64,000 nucleotides of DNA from Cirrosporium novae-zelandiae (Eukaryota). The notes beneath the pieces are model-generated. The model ran no database searches. It was not told the DNA's origin and worked only from the letters and a program-made list of their open reading frames with translations. The stretch is taken from positions 434,001-498,000 of the forward strand of contig JAPETS010000018.1 of NCBI GenBank assembly GCA_026023565.1, in the 5' to 3' direction. Position 1 is the stretch's first letter, and each line of letters begins with the position of its first letter. The position numbers and the translations under genes were made by a program. Of the stretch, positions 52,360 through 64,000 are shown piece by piece.

Positions 52360-55298
52360 TCTAAGATTTTGCAAGTGACTTGTTAGTTGTACCGCGATGC
52401 TCTCTCAATTGCCTTAGAGGCATAATCCTCTCAGGGAGAAATGACCCTTTTTATCAACGATGTGATACTCACTAGACCCAGTCATTTGGCAAAACAACTT
52501 ACGACGCAAATGCAGAAAACCCATTTGATTCAACTCTGCCTGTGCCTTGGTCAAGGATTATGAGCAGAAGCTGAGAAGCATTTCGGTCAGCTGCAGAATC
52601 ACCCAAGCCCGACCTTGAGACAGTTCACCGTTTGTTTCAGGCAATCAGTTGCTCTAATATCTCGATCAACAGCCTTTCAAGCTTGCATTTCACCCAAGAT
52701 CTCTGTGCGCCCTCTCCATGAACTCCTTCAGTTTTCAGCCTCCTCCAGATCTAGTGATAAGTTGATTGTCTAGGTCAGTCTGCTGAAACTCTGCTAAGGA
52801 ACTTGAATCAGACATTTCAGTCAAGATATTGCAAGCATAATTGCTCAAACTGCAGCAGTCAACAGCCACAGCGGTTAACCAACTAAGATTCTCTTGGTCA
52901 CCTCAGGACCACATTTCTTTTTCTTCCTTGTTTTATCCAAGAATATATCCATCCTTTACATCCTTTGCATGCTCATAGTCGATATATAGTGTCAGTGGCG
53001 GCTTATTATAGCCGCTTCACATATAACTATGCGGAGATGATTAGCAAATAGATATTCTAACCATCTAATTTGTTCAAGACAATGTAATGGTTCTATAGGA
53101 AAGCATAGGCGAATCGGGGGGTTAAATTCTATGGGGAAATGCGGGGGCGTCAAGTGTCGCTTGCAGCTTGTTACACAAGCCAACTGTCAGCTGAATCCTG
53201 GCACTATCCTCTGTTAATGATCCTTGGCGGAATCCAATTAGCCCGAAAAGATAGAGTTCAGTCAGCCTAAACCTCGCTGATACACGATAAGTCGTGTGAT
53301 ATCCGACTGGATACATTTTTGACATGTCAGACACATACTATTGCGAATTAGGAATGCTGACATATAAAGAACACCAAATATTTCTCGGGTTTTCTGTAGA
53401 TTTAGTCATTATTCCTGAATGCCGGGGAAATAACTTCTCGGCCTGAATCTTGAACCTAATGAGCGAATATGTGATATTATTTCACGATGAGGTTGATTTA
53501 TTGTCGGAAAGGCTAATCATGTATCAGGCTATTCCCCATCGAGGTTGGTGGTCAGTTCTGGGTTTTAAGCTTGTTTGATGGTTCAAGGAGAAAGATAATC
53601 TATTTCAAGCTTCACCACTATCTCGAATCGCTTTACACTCTTTCAATTTAAACTAGTGAGTATCTCTACAATTTAATTTTTTCCCAGTTCAATTCGTCTA
53701 ACCTCTCAAAGACTCAGTCATTCCTTAACCTCCAAGGCCCTACAAATATAAATATGGATGGACAGAATATTACGCCGGCGAACCTCTTCCCTATCAAGCA
53801 CCTCTATTATACCAGCCTTCCATACCCGATTCGACCGGAAGGATCCCAAACATTCTTTCTAGGTTCCGTAACTCTGGACATTTTCGATGGCTACCTCGAT
53901 CTCGGTAGCCATGTCATAACTCGTCTTAGCAATGAACGGGTTGAGGCAAAGGCAAGATAATTGTAAAAGTTCAGTAAAGGCAAGTTTCAAATGACATGGT
54001 ATATCGAGTATGCGGACACATCAGGAGATGCTGTTATCAAGCCCGATATTACCATTGGTATTAGCAATAAGGTTCATCCCTTGAAAACTGCTCCCCAAGG
54101 CTTGATGAAACTGGAATGTGCCATTTATGGTCGGTACCAATAACAACACATACAACTTTTTTCATGTGCGTGAGATAGCGGGACACAATTCTGTGAGTTG
54201 TACTGCAAACTATCCCTACTATCGCTGCTTCTTGAGAGTCTGCTCTTCGTATAGTTGAAAAAGTGAGCAAGGTAGGTGTATTTTCTGTCATTCATGAGTT
54301 CCTAGAATTACAGTTTTGGAGACGAGAGATAAAATCATGAGCGGGCCATCTAATTCTCTTGATACTATTAGAAGAGGCCACACAGTGACCACACCCAGCA
54401 AATCCGGCCGACGATGTTTGGTCAAGGATGTTTCAAAAAAGGCCATTCAAAATTCGCCCAACCACCATCTCCGACAACAACACCTTATCTTGATCTATGC
54501 CCATAAAACCTCGCCCACAAAATATAATTCAGGAATTTTTACCTTATTTGATATGACATGTGTATCGAATCTAGAACTTAGTCAAAGTCTGTTTAGCCAC
54601 ACGTTATAACGTAGTTCCCAACCTCGATGTTGTGCTAGCACGCAATCGTCCTAACAGATAACAAAACATCACCAAGTACCATGTATTCCACTCCTGCAAC
54701 ACAACCAACAAAACTCCTAACTTTTCTTGAGCCTCGCCTACTGCATGTCAAAACCAACCGGAATGGTCTCTTACCCAAACCCTTGGACTTCCGAGGAAGC
54801 CATTTTGAAGACATGGCTTTCTTTCCACTCAATCTAGGCACGCTCGGTCGCTCTTGGGCTCTCAATTGTACATAACTACATTATTGCATCAAGAACTCTT
54901 TTCTTGCAGAAGAAACCTCTGTCATGATGCAAGGGCATAATATTCGTATAGCATATCTTTGCCCCACTCCTAGAAAGTAGGGAGGGTTGAATATTTGCAA
55001 TTGATTTTTGGGTTTATCATATAAGTATTCATGCCGATCATGTCCATACTTTTGAGCAACTGTCTCTCCTCGATTAGACATTTCAAAACTCTCCTCTCTA
55101 TCCGTTGCCTTCTCTCCTCCTTTCAATTGTAGTGTTTTATAGAAACCCTAGAATTGTCCACCAGGATTCCTTTATTCTTCCAAATGCAACCCCACTCACG
55201 GAAACTTACTCATCTCTCGATAGATTTGATAAAGTTGTAAGCGTCCTGACTGTCCCCTGTGTTTCTGCGTATTGACTAACACCATCGCCAGTCCTGCA

Positions 55299-56848
55299 AT
55301 GTCAAGTTCGGAGGATAAAATTCCCGTCACGGATGATGAGTCCAGAAACCCAAGCATCGCAAATATCGCTGTAAATGTGAAGTGGTACCGCTCAACCATC
55401 TACAATGCATTCATTCTTGGTATCTGCAACTTCCTTGCTCCAGGCATCTGGGGTGCCATGAACTCCCTCGGAGCCGGCGGAGAAGAAGAACCGTACCTTG
55501 TGAACGCTGCCAATGCTCTGACCTTTTGCCTTATGGTGGTGTCTGCTTTCTTCTCAAGCGTCATCGTCCGCAAAATTGGGATCAAATGGGCGCTTATCTT
55601 TGGAACACTTGGATATTCGCCGTATGCAGCTGGGCTTTACACAAACAACCGCTTCGGCACGGAATGGTTTGTGCTTTTTGGTGCAGCACTATGCGGTATC
55701 TCTGCTGGTGTGTTCTGGATGGCAGAGGCCGCAATCGCACTCTCCTACCCAGAACCCTATAACCAGGGACGGTTCCTAGGATTCTGGTTAAGCTTCCGCG
55801 TGGGTGGCCAGATCCTTGGTGGTGCTATCAATCTTGGTATAAACGCCAAAAACAGTGAAGCCGGCAAGGTTTCTTATACCGTGTATCTAGCCTTCATTGC
55901 TCTACAAGCCGTTGGCCCACTCGCGGGTCTTCTATTGAACAAGCCTGAGCAGGTGCAGCGCAAGGATGGTGTACCCGTCCGCCTTGCCATTAAAGATAGC
56001 AGTTGGGACGAGATCAAGGCGACAACAAACTTGTTCCTCAGCCGTAACTTTCTCCTCATCATTCCACTCATCGCGCAGGCAGTTTACAGCGAGGCCGTTA
56101 TGTTCACATTCGAGTCGCTGTGGTTCAGTGTTCGCGCGCGAGCATTGGGATCTTTTCTCTCCGGGATCGTTGCGCTCACCTGTGGGAATCTCCTTGGTGC
56201 CTTTCTCGACCATAACAAGCTCGCACTAAAGACACGCGCACGTGGAGCCTTTTTCACGATACTGGGCCTTCAAGGTGCATGGTGGATCTGGGCAACCATC
56301 CTGGTGACGGAGTTTCATAAGACACAACCAACGTATGACTGGGTTGATGCGGGGTTTGGAAAGGGCTTTGCGCTCTTCCTGTTCTGGGTTGCCGGGTTCC
56401 AGCTGAACTATATGTTTCTGTAAGAAATTGTTCTGGCATTTTGTGATAATTACCTGCTAATGATATCCATCCAGTTACTTTGTTGTCGGTGAACTAGCCG
56501 AAACCGAGGGCGAAGTTGTGCGAATTGCCGGGTTGCTGAGAGGAACCGAATCAGCCGTTCAGGCTGTCAGCGTAAGTTTCCTCATCTGATAATTCAATAC
56601 CATCAAATGCTAATCTTCGGTAGTATGGACTCAACAGCATCGACATCATAGCACAGATCGGCGGCGTATATCTGAACTTTGGACTATGGGCGATTGCATT
56701 AGTTCCTGCATGGATTATCATTAGAGAGATTGGAACCACACAAGGGGATAAAAAAGTCAAAAGAGAGCTGGGGATTGTTGATGGAGAGGAAACACTTCAC
56801 GCGGCGGGGCAATCTAGATTGTCGAATCAAGTTGAGGCCACAATGTGA
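55299..56848 (+). CDS. UNC-93-like MFS membrane protein. Introns 56420-56474, 56572-56622
   Basis: WYRST.YNA.ILG.CNFLAPGIWGAMNSLGAGG, GYSPYAAGLY, GISAGVFW.AE.AIALSYPEP, WFSVRARALGSFLS. Confidence 0.88.
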
Positions 56849-57137
56849 TTATGATGACGGTTCATATAGATAGTGCATCAGACATAAATTTCCTCTCTCG
56901 TTAATAGACTAAAGAACCGAACCTGAATCTTAGAGATAAGATTTCCATTTGACAAATGAGTATGATGTCCCAATAATGAGAATCGCTTATAGATATAACT
57001 AAATTCCAATCATCCCTAAAAATTTTGCTTAGCTCGTAGTTTGAGTTTTTAGCACCAAGGCTGCACCCCGCAAGTGATAGCTTTAAGAACTGTTTTCTTT
57101 GAATATTTAATGGTTCAATAAAATCATCTCAAGCAGT

Positions 57138-57275
57138 TGTTGTGAATAGACTAATTGGCCCAAATCGATGGGTCTATCGTAGACGGTCTATAGACCATCC
57201 CGGGCCTCGGATTTTGATAGATTGACTAGACTAAGGGGGTTCGGTCCAGTCGACCGGGCTGGTCTATTCACAACA
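57138..57275. mobile_element. 138-bp MITE-like element with perfect 14-bp terminal inverted repeats (TGTTGTGAATAGAC)
   Basis: 57138-57151 tgttgtgaatagac and 57262-57275 gtctattcacaaca are exact reverse complements. Internal tagac/gtcta subrepeats are present. Confidence 0.7.
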
Positions 57276-57634
57276 CTCACTACCCCACCAACACAATCCC
57301 GCCATATAAGAAAGATGGCACACGGATGGGTTGATAAGGACATTTTTCGTCCTTGGCATAGTTTATATTAACCCTCCCAACGACAGTTGAAGTTTTTCTA
57401 AGAGTGCGCGAGCCATTCATTATCTACAAGTAATTAATTAGTTGCATGTTGTTACAGATATAAAGACAACTTTGTTTAGCAGTGATGCCTGTTTACTAGG
57501 GAACTACAGGCTAGGATTTTTAGGGGGGGGTATAAAGATTTTTTTTTTCACCTTTAATATCATCGTGGATACTTTCGATGGGTAAGAAATGAAAGCGACT
57601 TGATAGACCCAAAGTTGGGACCAGAAAAGTGACC

Positions 57635-58886
57635 TTAGCCACTCTCTGCCCCTGATACCGAGCTAGCTTTGTACGAAGAGTCGTCCTGCGCCGCCTGCAC
57701 TGATGCTCTGTCTTCGTCTTCCTGAAATCTCTTCTCGCGCTCCTGCTCTAGCTCCTCTGGTGGCGTACTGTGACGACGGCGCTTCCTAACCCATGGCCTT
57801 GTGGGGCTGGGAGCATCTCTCTCCTGTTGAATCACATCTCTTTCCCGTTTAATCACAGCTGCTCTATTCTCTGCACGTTCGATATACATGCACAGAGTAT
57901 TAGCAGAAATGTGAATCGGGTCACGAAGGGGTTCATTCATGTCAGCTAAGGCTTCGGGTGCAAAATCTTGGAGTTGGAGATGGAGACCTGCTTCTGCGTC
58001 GTCGGTCGGATTGCCATTCTCGTCACGGATAATCTGGTTGTTTTAAGCACAGGGATGTGCAAAAGAAGGATTTCATTGACATACCTGGCCTGCAATCGTT
58101 GGCACAGCGACCAATTCTCCCTCCCCAGCGTCATTTTGTAAAATACGTGATCGCCAGACGGACAATGTCGCCTTCTTACTTCCTCTATACTCTACGCTTA
58201 AGTTAATAACAACCCGTATATTGCCGTCCGATCCAAGAATGTAGTCATCAGCTAGGCGTGCCAAGTCCTTTTGCTTCTGCGAGTAGGACACCTCGATAAC
58301 AACTCCTGGATATGCCGCCTGGGAATGTCCGAATTGGGCATCGGGATCATGTTTACCATATTCCGAATCTCCGAAATCGATAGATGTTGAGCCGCCAGGC
58401 TCTATCTCTTGCGCGAATGCTGCCGATCGGCTCCCACTACGAGCAATGGAGCTTAACTGGAGTTCTAATTCTCTAGTGATGCTAAGTACGAGTTTTTCGT
58501 GCACCGCTGTGAGCATTCGGATTACGAAAAGACTGACAGATGGGAAGTAGTCGTATCTGTAAGGCCTCAAGATTAGCCGATGGTGTTTTTTAGCTGGAAA
58601 ATGCACTATTTTCATACCGAAGCTTGTGTATCACAAAACCCCAAAGGGACTCGTCGCTTTGAAGTACCTTCAACAGGTTCTTGAAATCCCTCGTCTCCAA
58701 GCTGTATGTAGCCCAAGGTTTAATAGGAGCGTGGTATCCCACTTTCCGAGCCTTGATTTCCTCAACAATGTGCAATATCAACCGTCTCTTCTTTTTGTCG
58801 GTTGGCGGAGGGGTTAGGGGTGGGGTGGTAAAGCTTGTAGAGGGAGTCGCGTGCAGAGGCTGTTTGATGTTACTCATGGTATACAA
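57635..58886 (-). CDS. Putative PD-(D/E)XK (Uma2/restriction-endonuclease-like fold) protein, ~376-379 aa. Introns 58557-58617 and 58034-58084
   Basis: Three track ORFs splice into one frame: ..PPLTPPPT..KLR|YDYFP...IRMLTAVHE...KHDPDAQF.HSQAAYPGVVIEVSYSQKQKDLARLADDYILGSDGNIRVVI...GQ|IIRDENG..LHLQLQDF..RKRRRHSTPPEEL. The H-E, PD and E-x-x-x-S/Q pattern suggests a REase fold. Confidence 0.75.
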
Positions 58887-59073
58887 AGCCCAAGAATCAA
58901 GAACCTGATGTAAAATAATAGTTTGAATCGCCGACGTTGAAGAGGGTGATTTTTATAGATGGTTGTTGCTGATCGTCGTTGCCCCGTTGCCTGTTCTGTA
59001 CACCCATTGTTGCCTTGTCGACGAGTGGCGGGGGATTCTAGATCAAATGTGTAGCTGAATACTGCGCTCTGTG

Positions 59074-59336
59074 TAATGCATCATTAAACATGCGAGCCAC
59101 CCTTGGCCCGAGGGAGGTTAAAAGGTGCAGTCGCTTAAAAATGAAAGCGGCTAAATCCAGAAAAGTGACCTTGGGGAGGTCTTCAAGCAAAATCAATGGC
59201 AAAAATCAGTTGTAGATATATGAAAACTAATTTTGTTTGAAGGCCTCCCCAAGGTCACTTTTCCAAGTCTAATCGCTTTCATTTTTATTTTTATCGAAAG
59301 GTATAATGCACCATCAAACATGCGAACCACCCTCGG
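59074..59336 (+). repeat. 33-bp direct repeats (59074-59106 and 59304-59336) flanking the palindrome
   Basis: taatgcatcattaaacatgcgagccacccttgg vs taatgcaccatcaaacatgcgaaccaccctcgg, 29/33 identical, all differences transitions. Confidence 0.85.
59136..59287. mobile_element. 152-bp palindromic MITE-like element: 60-bp inverted arms, 32-bp spacer, TA at both ends
   Basis: Arm 59136-59195 versus reverse complement of 59228-59287: 50/60 identical without gaps, all 10 differences transitions. Confidence 0.8.
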
Positions 59337-59940
59337 GTCCTTATTGACCACCAACGCCAACCGTACAGTGGTGCAGTACCAAGTACGGTAGACCAAAAGA
59401 ACCCCCGACACAGTTCCTTCATAAGATGCATAAAATTAGACTATTGCATTGTTACAGATATCTTATCTTTAATATCACCGACGATATTTGGCGTTTTAAA
59501 GGATGCATAGCGCCAACCTCAATGACTGTGGCTTAGATTTCTCTTTTCTCATACGATGCTTGGATGGAAACAAGCAACCTACATAGAGTAGTCTTTAGAC
59601 TACCCTCTTGGCTATTCCCCAAGTCTATTCATGCACAAGTCACTTGTTGTTGGATCATCATAGCCATATCTAGTTCTCACTCACAAAAATGCAGTTTCCA
59701 CTTCAGTTTAACAGGAACAACAACGAAGGATCTTAATCCTTGTTGGTTTGATATAAAAAAGCCCCCCCCATTAAACTATGATTTAGGGAATAAATAGCAC
59801 AGTACATTAACCCATCCTATTTTTCGTTCCATCGTCTTCCATATTGCTTCCTTCCTTTTGTTGAGGCTGTATGATAGAAGTACCCTGGGCATTGCACTTT
59901 TGATAATGGGTACACTGATGAATTTTCTTCGTACTACATC

Positions 59941-62038
59941 ATGGCTTCCCTACATGATCAAAATTCCCAGGATATCGAATTAGGGCCACGAACTCATGAG
60001 TTTTCTACCTCTTTCATACAATTTCCATTTCAATACGATCAGGATCCAGACAATATTTCGCGTGCCTCGACGTCATCCAATCGTTCACAACCCGAACAGG
60101 AGTCAAGTAATATATCTAGGCGAAATCCAAAGGCACGACATGAATATCAATCTGTGTTGCCAGTTGATTCGCTCCCGACACAGGTGCATGATGAGGAGAA
60201 GGTGAATAGTAAGCAGAATCATTTTTGCCGTCGTCATTCGTCTTGCATAGGCCTTGCTCGGGCCGTCATAGACTGGTGGATAATAGAGCTGTTAGCCTGC
60301 GGTGGCAGTTTGCTTGCAATAGCGGGGCTTGTCATTGTGTTATACAAGTACGACGGGCGTTCGCTACCAAATTGGCCTTATGGAATCACCATAAATTCAT
60401 TGGTCTCCTGGTTTTCAACAGCCATGAAAGCGCTCATGCTTGTACCAATTGCTGCCTGTATTAGTCAAGCCAAGTGGACACATTTTCACTCCAAAAGGCA
60501 TGCCTTGTCAGATGTGGCGGCCTATGATTCTGCAAGTCGAGGTCCTGAGGGCTCTGCACAGTTTCTTTGGAAGTTTCAAGCAAGGTAAGTTGTTCATTGT
60601 TTGGTTTTTTCTTTAGTAGCTGATCCATCCAACAAGGCATATCGCATCTCTCGGGGCTCTTATTACAATACTAGCCATAGGAATCGACCCTTTGTTACAG
60701 CAAATGACCTCAATCGAGACCCGACATGCAGATACGAGCAAGGCAACTTTAGGGCGCGCCCAAAGCTTCTTGCAATATGATTCGGGTGAGAGTTTTGGAG
60801 GGGACATGACGTTTGATATGCTTGGCGCGCTGTATAGCGGGATCTTCACTAAGCCTGGAGGTTCAACAGGAGTTTCTTTTGACATGAATCCATCTTGCTC
60901 AACGGGAAACTGCACATATCCAAAGTTTCAGTCATTAGCCGTATGCGACTATTGTACTGACATCACAAGTAGTCTCAAGCACAACTGCTCAACGGAAAAA
61001 GGAACCGACGGATCCTCTGACTCGATATACTGCACATACGCTTTACCAAATGGCTTGGAGCTAAATACTACCGACATGGCAGAAACAGATGTGTCAGGTC
61101 CTATCGCAACCAGTGGTAATTTAGATTCTGTTAGCACTGGCAGTAAATTTGGCAATACATTGGTGAACTTCACTAGGATAACTAGACCCTCCCGCGGCTC
61201 TAACTATGTCGGTGATGCTCACAATGTTTCTGCTATTGAGTGTGTCCTATACTGGTGCGTCAACACATACGAAACAAATGTTTTGAATGGGGAGATCAAT
61301 GAGACCATCATAGATTCATATTACAGCCCAACCACTGATTGGTGGTATGGTGCCGTACGGTTGAATAACTATGAATTGAATCTGAAGCCGCCTCCGATAA
61401 ACAATCAGACTTCCTCATTGAATTTCACGGTGGCCTATCTTTCTTCGACCCCACTAACTGTGTGGCTGAAATCCTCATTGTCTATCAGCAACAGTGATGC
61501 CTATTACCTCTTGAAAGGGGGTGGCTACAGCTATGGCCCAGACGTTTCATCAAACTCTTCGGTAACGTCAAATACACATGACACGACATCCAACATGATG
61601 AGAGCTCTTTGGCAATCGGATATCTCCCAACTCTTCTCAAACTTGGCTAAGAGTATGACACGGAATATTCGAGAGGTAGATTGGAACACTCAAACCTGGG
61701 GTGATGGCTGGATAGGGCCGATTGCAGGTGCAGGTACTGCTAACGGGACTGCATGGACCTTTGAAGTTTATATTCATGTTCGCTGGCCTTGGCTTATCCT
61801 ACCTGTTACACTCGTCGGTCTGACAATTTTGTTCTTGGTATTGACGATACTAGAAACTATGCGCAGCAAAGCTATGGTGTGGAAGTCGTCTCCTCTTCCA
61901 TATCTCTCCCACGGACTTGATGAAGCAGACGCGCAAAGCTTACGTACCGCAGCACATCTTGCCGAAATGGAAAAGATGGCCCATAAGGTGCCCGTGAAAC
62001 TTGAGGAGACTGATGTTGGCTGGAAACTGATAAGGTGA
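59941..62038 (+). CDS. DUF3176-family fungal membrane protein. Intron 60585-60636
   Basis: WWIIELLA..LYKYDGRSLPNWPYGITINSLVS..ACISQAKW.HF..YDSASRGP.GS, CSTGNCTYP.FQSLAVC, NLAKSMT.NIR, YIHVRWPWL.LP, VWKSSPL. Confidence 0.9.
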
Positions 62039-64000
62039 TATATTTGGGGCTTGAGCATGTATTGCCAATACGATGATAGCCAGCTCAATCAGGGCAAGCC
62101 AACGAAGACATGGGCAAGGCGGACGGATTACGCCATGGAGTATTTTCGAAAAACCGTATAACCTCGGAGATGTCGAAATCTACTCACATGCATAATGTTG
62201 ACCTGGCGAACGATGTGTCCTAAACTAGGCGGGCGTTTGAACCTCTACCATCAGTGACTCCTTACTGAACATTAACATGAGTGAAGACTTTCTATCAATC
62301 ACTACCAATTACTATGTTTGGTTTCACAGCATCTCAGGAAACCACCTCTACTAACCCTCTTTTATTATCTCGAGCTTACCCGGCGAACCCGATAATCTTG
62401 GCACAAATTCCTTTAAAGTCAGAGACACGATTAGACGAGAAGACGTTATATAATGAGATATTGTTACTGGCAGGGCAAACTACCAGCTACTTCGCCAAAT
62501 AGAAGCCGAATATACACTAATAAGTACACCGAGGTTACCGTCAGTTATTACAAATAATTTATTCCCTGCCAAAGAAGATTACCAACAAGATACAACTATA
62601 AGAGCCACTTACATGATACTGTCGGTCTATCTCTTCTAAAGGATGCACGAATTTGTCTTGGTAGGATTTGTATGTGAACATGATTTGGACATTATACAAC
62701 TACATAAGATAGATGATGAAGGAATGATCAGCTTTGCTTAATACCGACTAGTTAATTGCACCCGTTGATCCTGATCAATTTCAGAAACCATCATGGTATA
62801 CATAAATCTAGATTCTCCTAACCATCTACCCTTCTTGCCTTTAAAATATAACGTGTCTGCGATAATGAGCCAGACTTTAAGAGGTAAGATTTACGACCCG
62901 TTGCTTCTCTAGAGAGCATTTGTCACCCAGACCGTCTTCATCTGATTCTAGAGATCGAGATATTAAATTCCCAACAAGCATGTCTTTGAAAGCCATTCCC
63001 GCATTTTGGGTATCTATAGTTAGAATAAGAGTTGAAGCACGTACACATCAAATCGACCTTCAACGACCAGGCTCGATTCCACCGTAAAAGAATAATACCA
63101 AAGGGCCCCAATTCATACCCAAGTAACCCCATCAACCAACCTCATCCATCGTCGTCCTACTCGGCTGTTAGTGTTGAGAGAGTAAACCAGTCACCCAACA
63201 CTCACAACGCTCTAGCAAATCCTGCTACTACTTTACACACCTCTTAGCTCTAACAGGAACGGTATAGGTGCTACATCATTAACCGACTTTGCCCTTTCCT
63301 GCCGCTGATCCTTCGAGCATCAAATATCATATGGCTCCTCCGTTCACTATTGGCATCACGCTGTTCGGATTACCCGCCTATCTTACAGCCACAGCGATGT
63401 AGAGTACCACTATATACACATCTTTTTTTTTAAATTGCCCGTAGATTAATTTTTTTTTTTTTTTTTTTTCATAAAATGATAGGCTAGGATGTTCGGTAAC
63501 TTGGTCGGCGCGTGCAAAAATATTCTTTTACCTGGTAGTAGTAAAATGCCTCGGTACATATGGGGGGGGGGGTATGTGGTTCGTGGGATCGGGGGATTTA
63601 GAGGCGATGCAGGCGGTGTACTGTGGTATGTGTTTCAGGTACTGTAAACCAGGTACTCAATTGAACATTGAACAAAACTTCCTCTCAGATCTTGGAAGGC
63701 CTCATTGAAACTATATCCTTATCTGATTGGCAAAGTCGACAGCGAAACGATGGTGGCGATGCGGGGAATTAATTCAAAAATACGCCTTTTCCATACATGA
63801 CCGTTTTAAATGACGTAAATGCAAATTTTAAATTATTTACCGCCATGAATCCTGGACAACAAATGGCACAAGGCAGACAGGAAATACCCACATTCATGCC
63901 AATTAAGGGTCTTCTGTAGGATTGATATCCAGGTACCAGAGCTAATCTGAATGGAACCGTCTATAATCCTTCGAGAAAAACAACTGATGACCCACTGTAA

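Noticed and set aside
57635..58886. Apparent frameshifted pseudogene (three separate ORFs in the track)
   Set aside because: Two GT-AG introns restore a single uninterrupted frame.
62281..63250. Short ORFs downstream of the DUF3176 gene
   Set aside because: No recognisable motifs, frequent stops and no convincing splice pattern.
1..64000. tRNA or rRNA genes
   Set aside because: No cloverleaf or rRNA-like sequence was recognised by eye. A covariance-model scan would be needed to exclude them.

Overview
This is eukaryotic DNA from a filamentous ascomycete (Pezizomycotina-type genes with short GT-AG introns and CTRAY branch sites). The first ~29 kb is a housekeeping block: 5' part of NOT1, an F-BAR/SH3 septation protein (Cdc15/Imp2/Hof1 family), midasin MDN1/REA1, a ClC chloride channel and a bli-3-like protein. 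The remainder is accessory-like. It holds a HET-domain gene, a Pro-rich protein ending in a Tc1/mariner-type DNA-binding domain without a catalytic domain, a LaeA-like methyltransferase, an orphan mitochondrial-type membrane protein and a QDE-2-type Argonaute with a (GGRGRGEYQ)5 N-terminus. It also holds a divergent MFS/2OG-Fe(II) oxygenase pair, a DUF4188-like protein, a disrupted GMC oxidoreductase, an UNC-93-like transporter and a DUF3176 membrane protein. The most unusual locus is 57.4-59.5 kb: an intact spliced PD-(D/E)XK-like nuclease gene bracketed by copies of a palindromic repeat family, another copy of which lies ~50 kb away at 9.3 kb. All calls come from manual reading and translation; no database searches were run.
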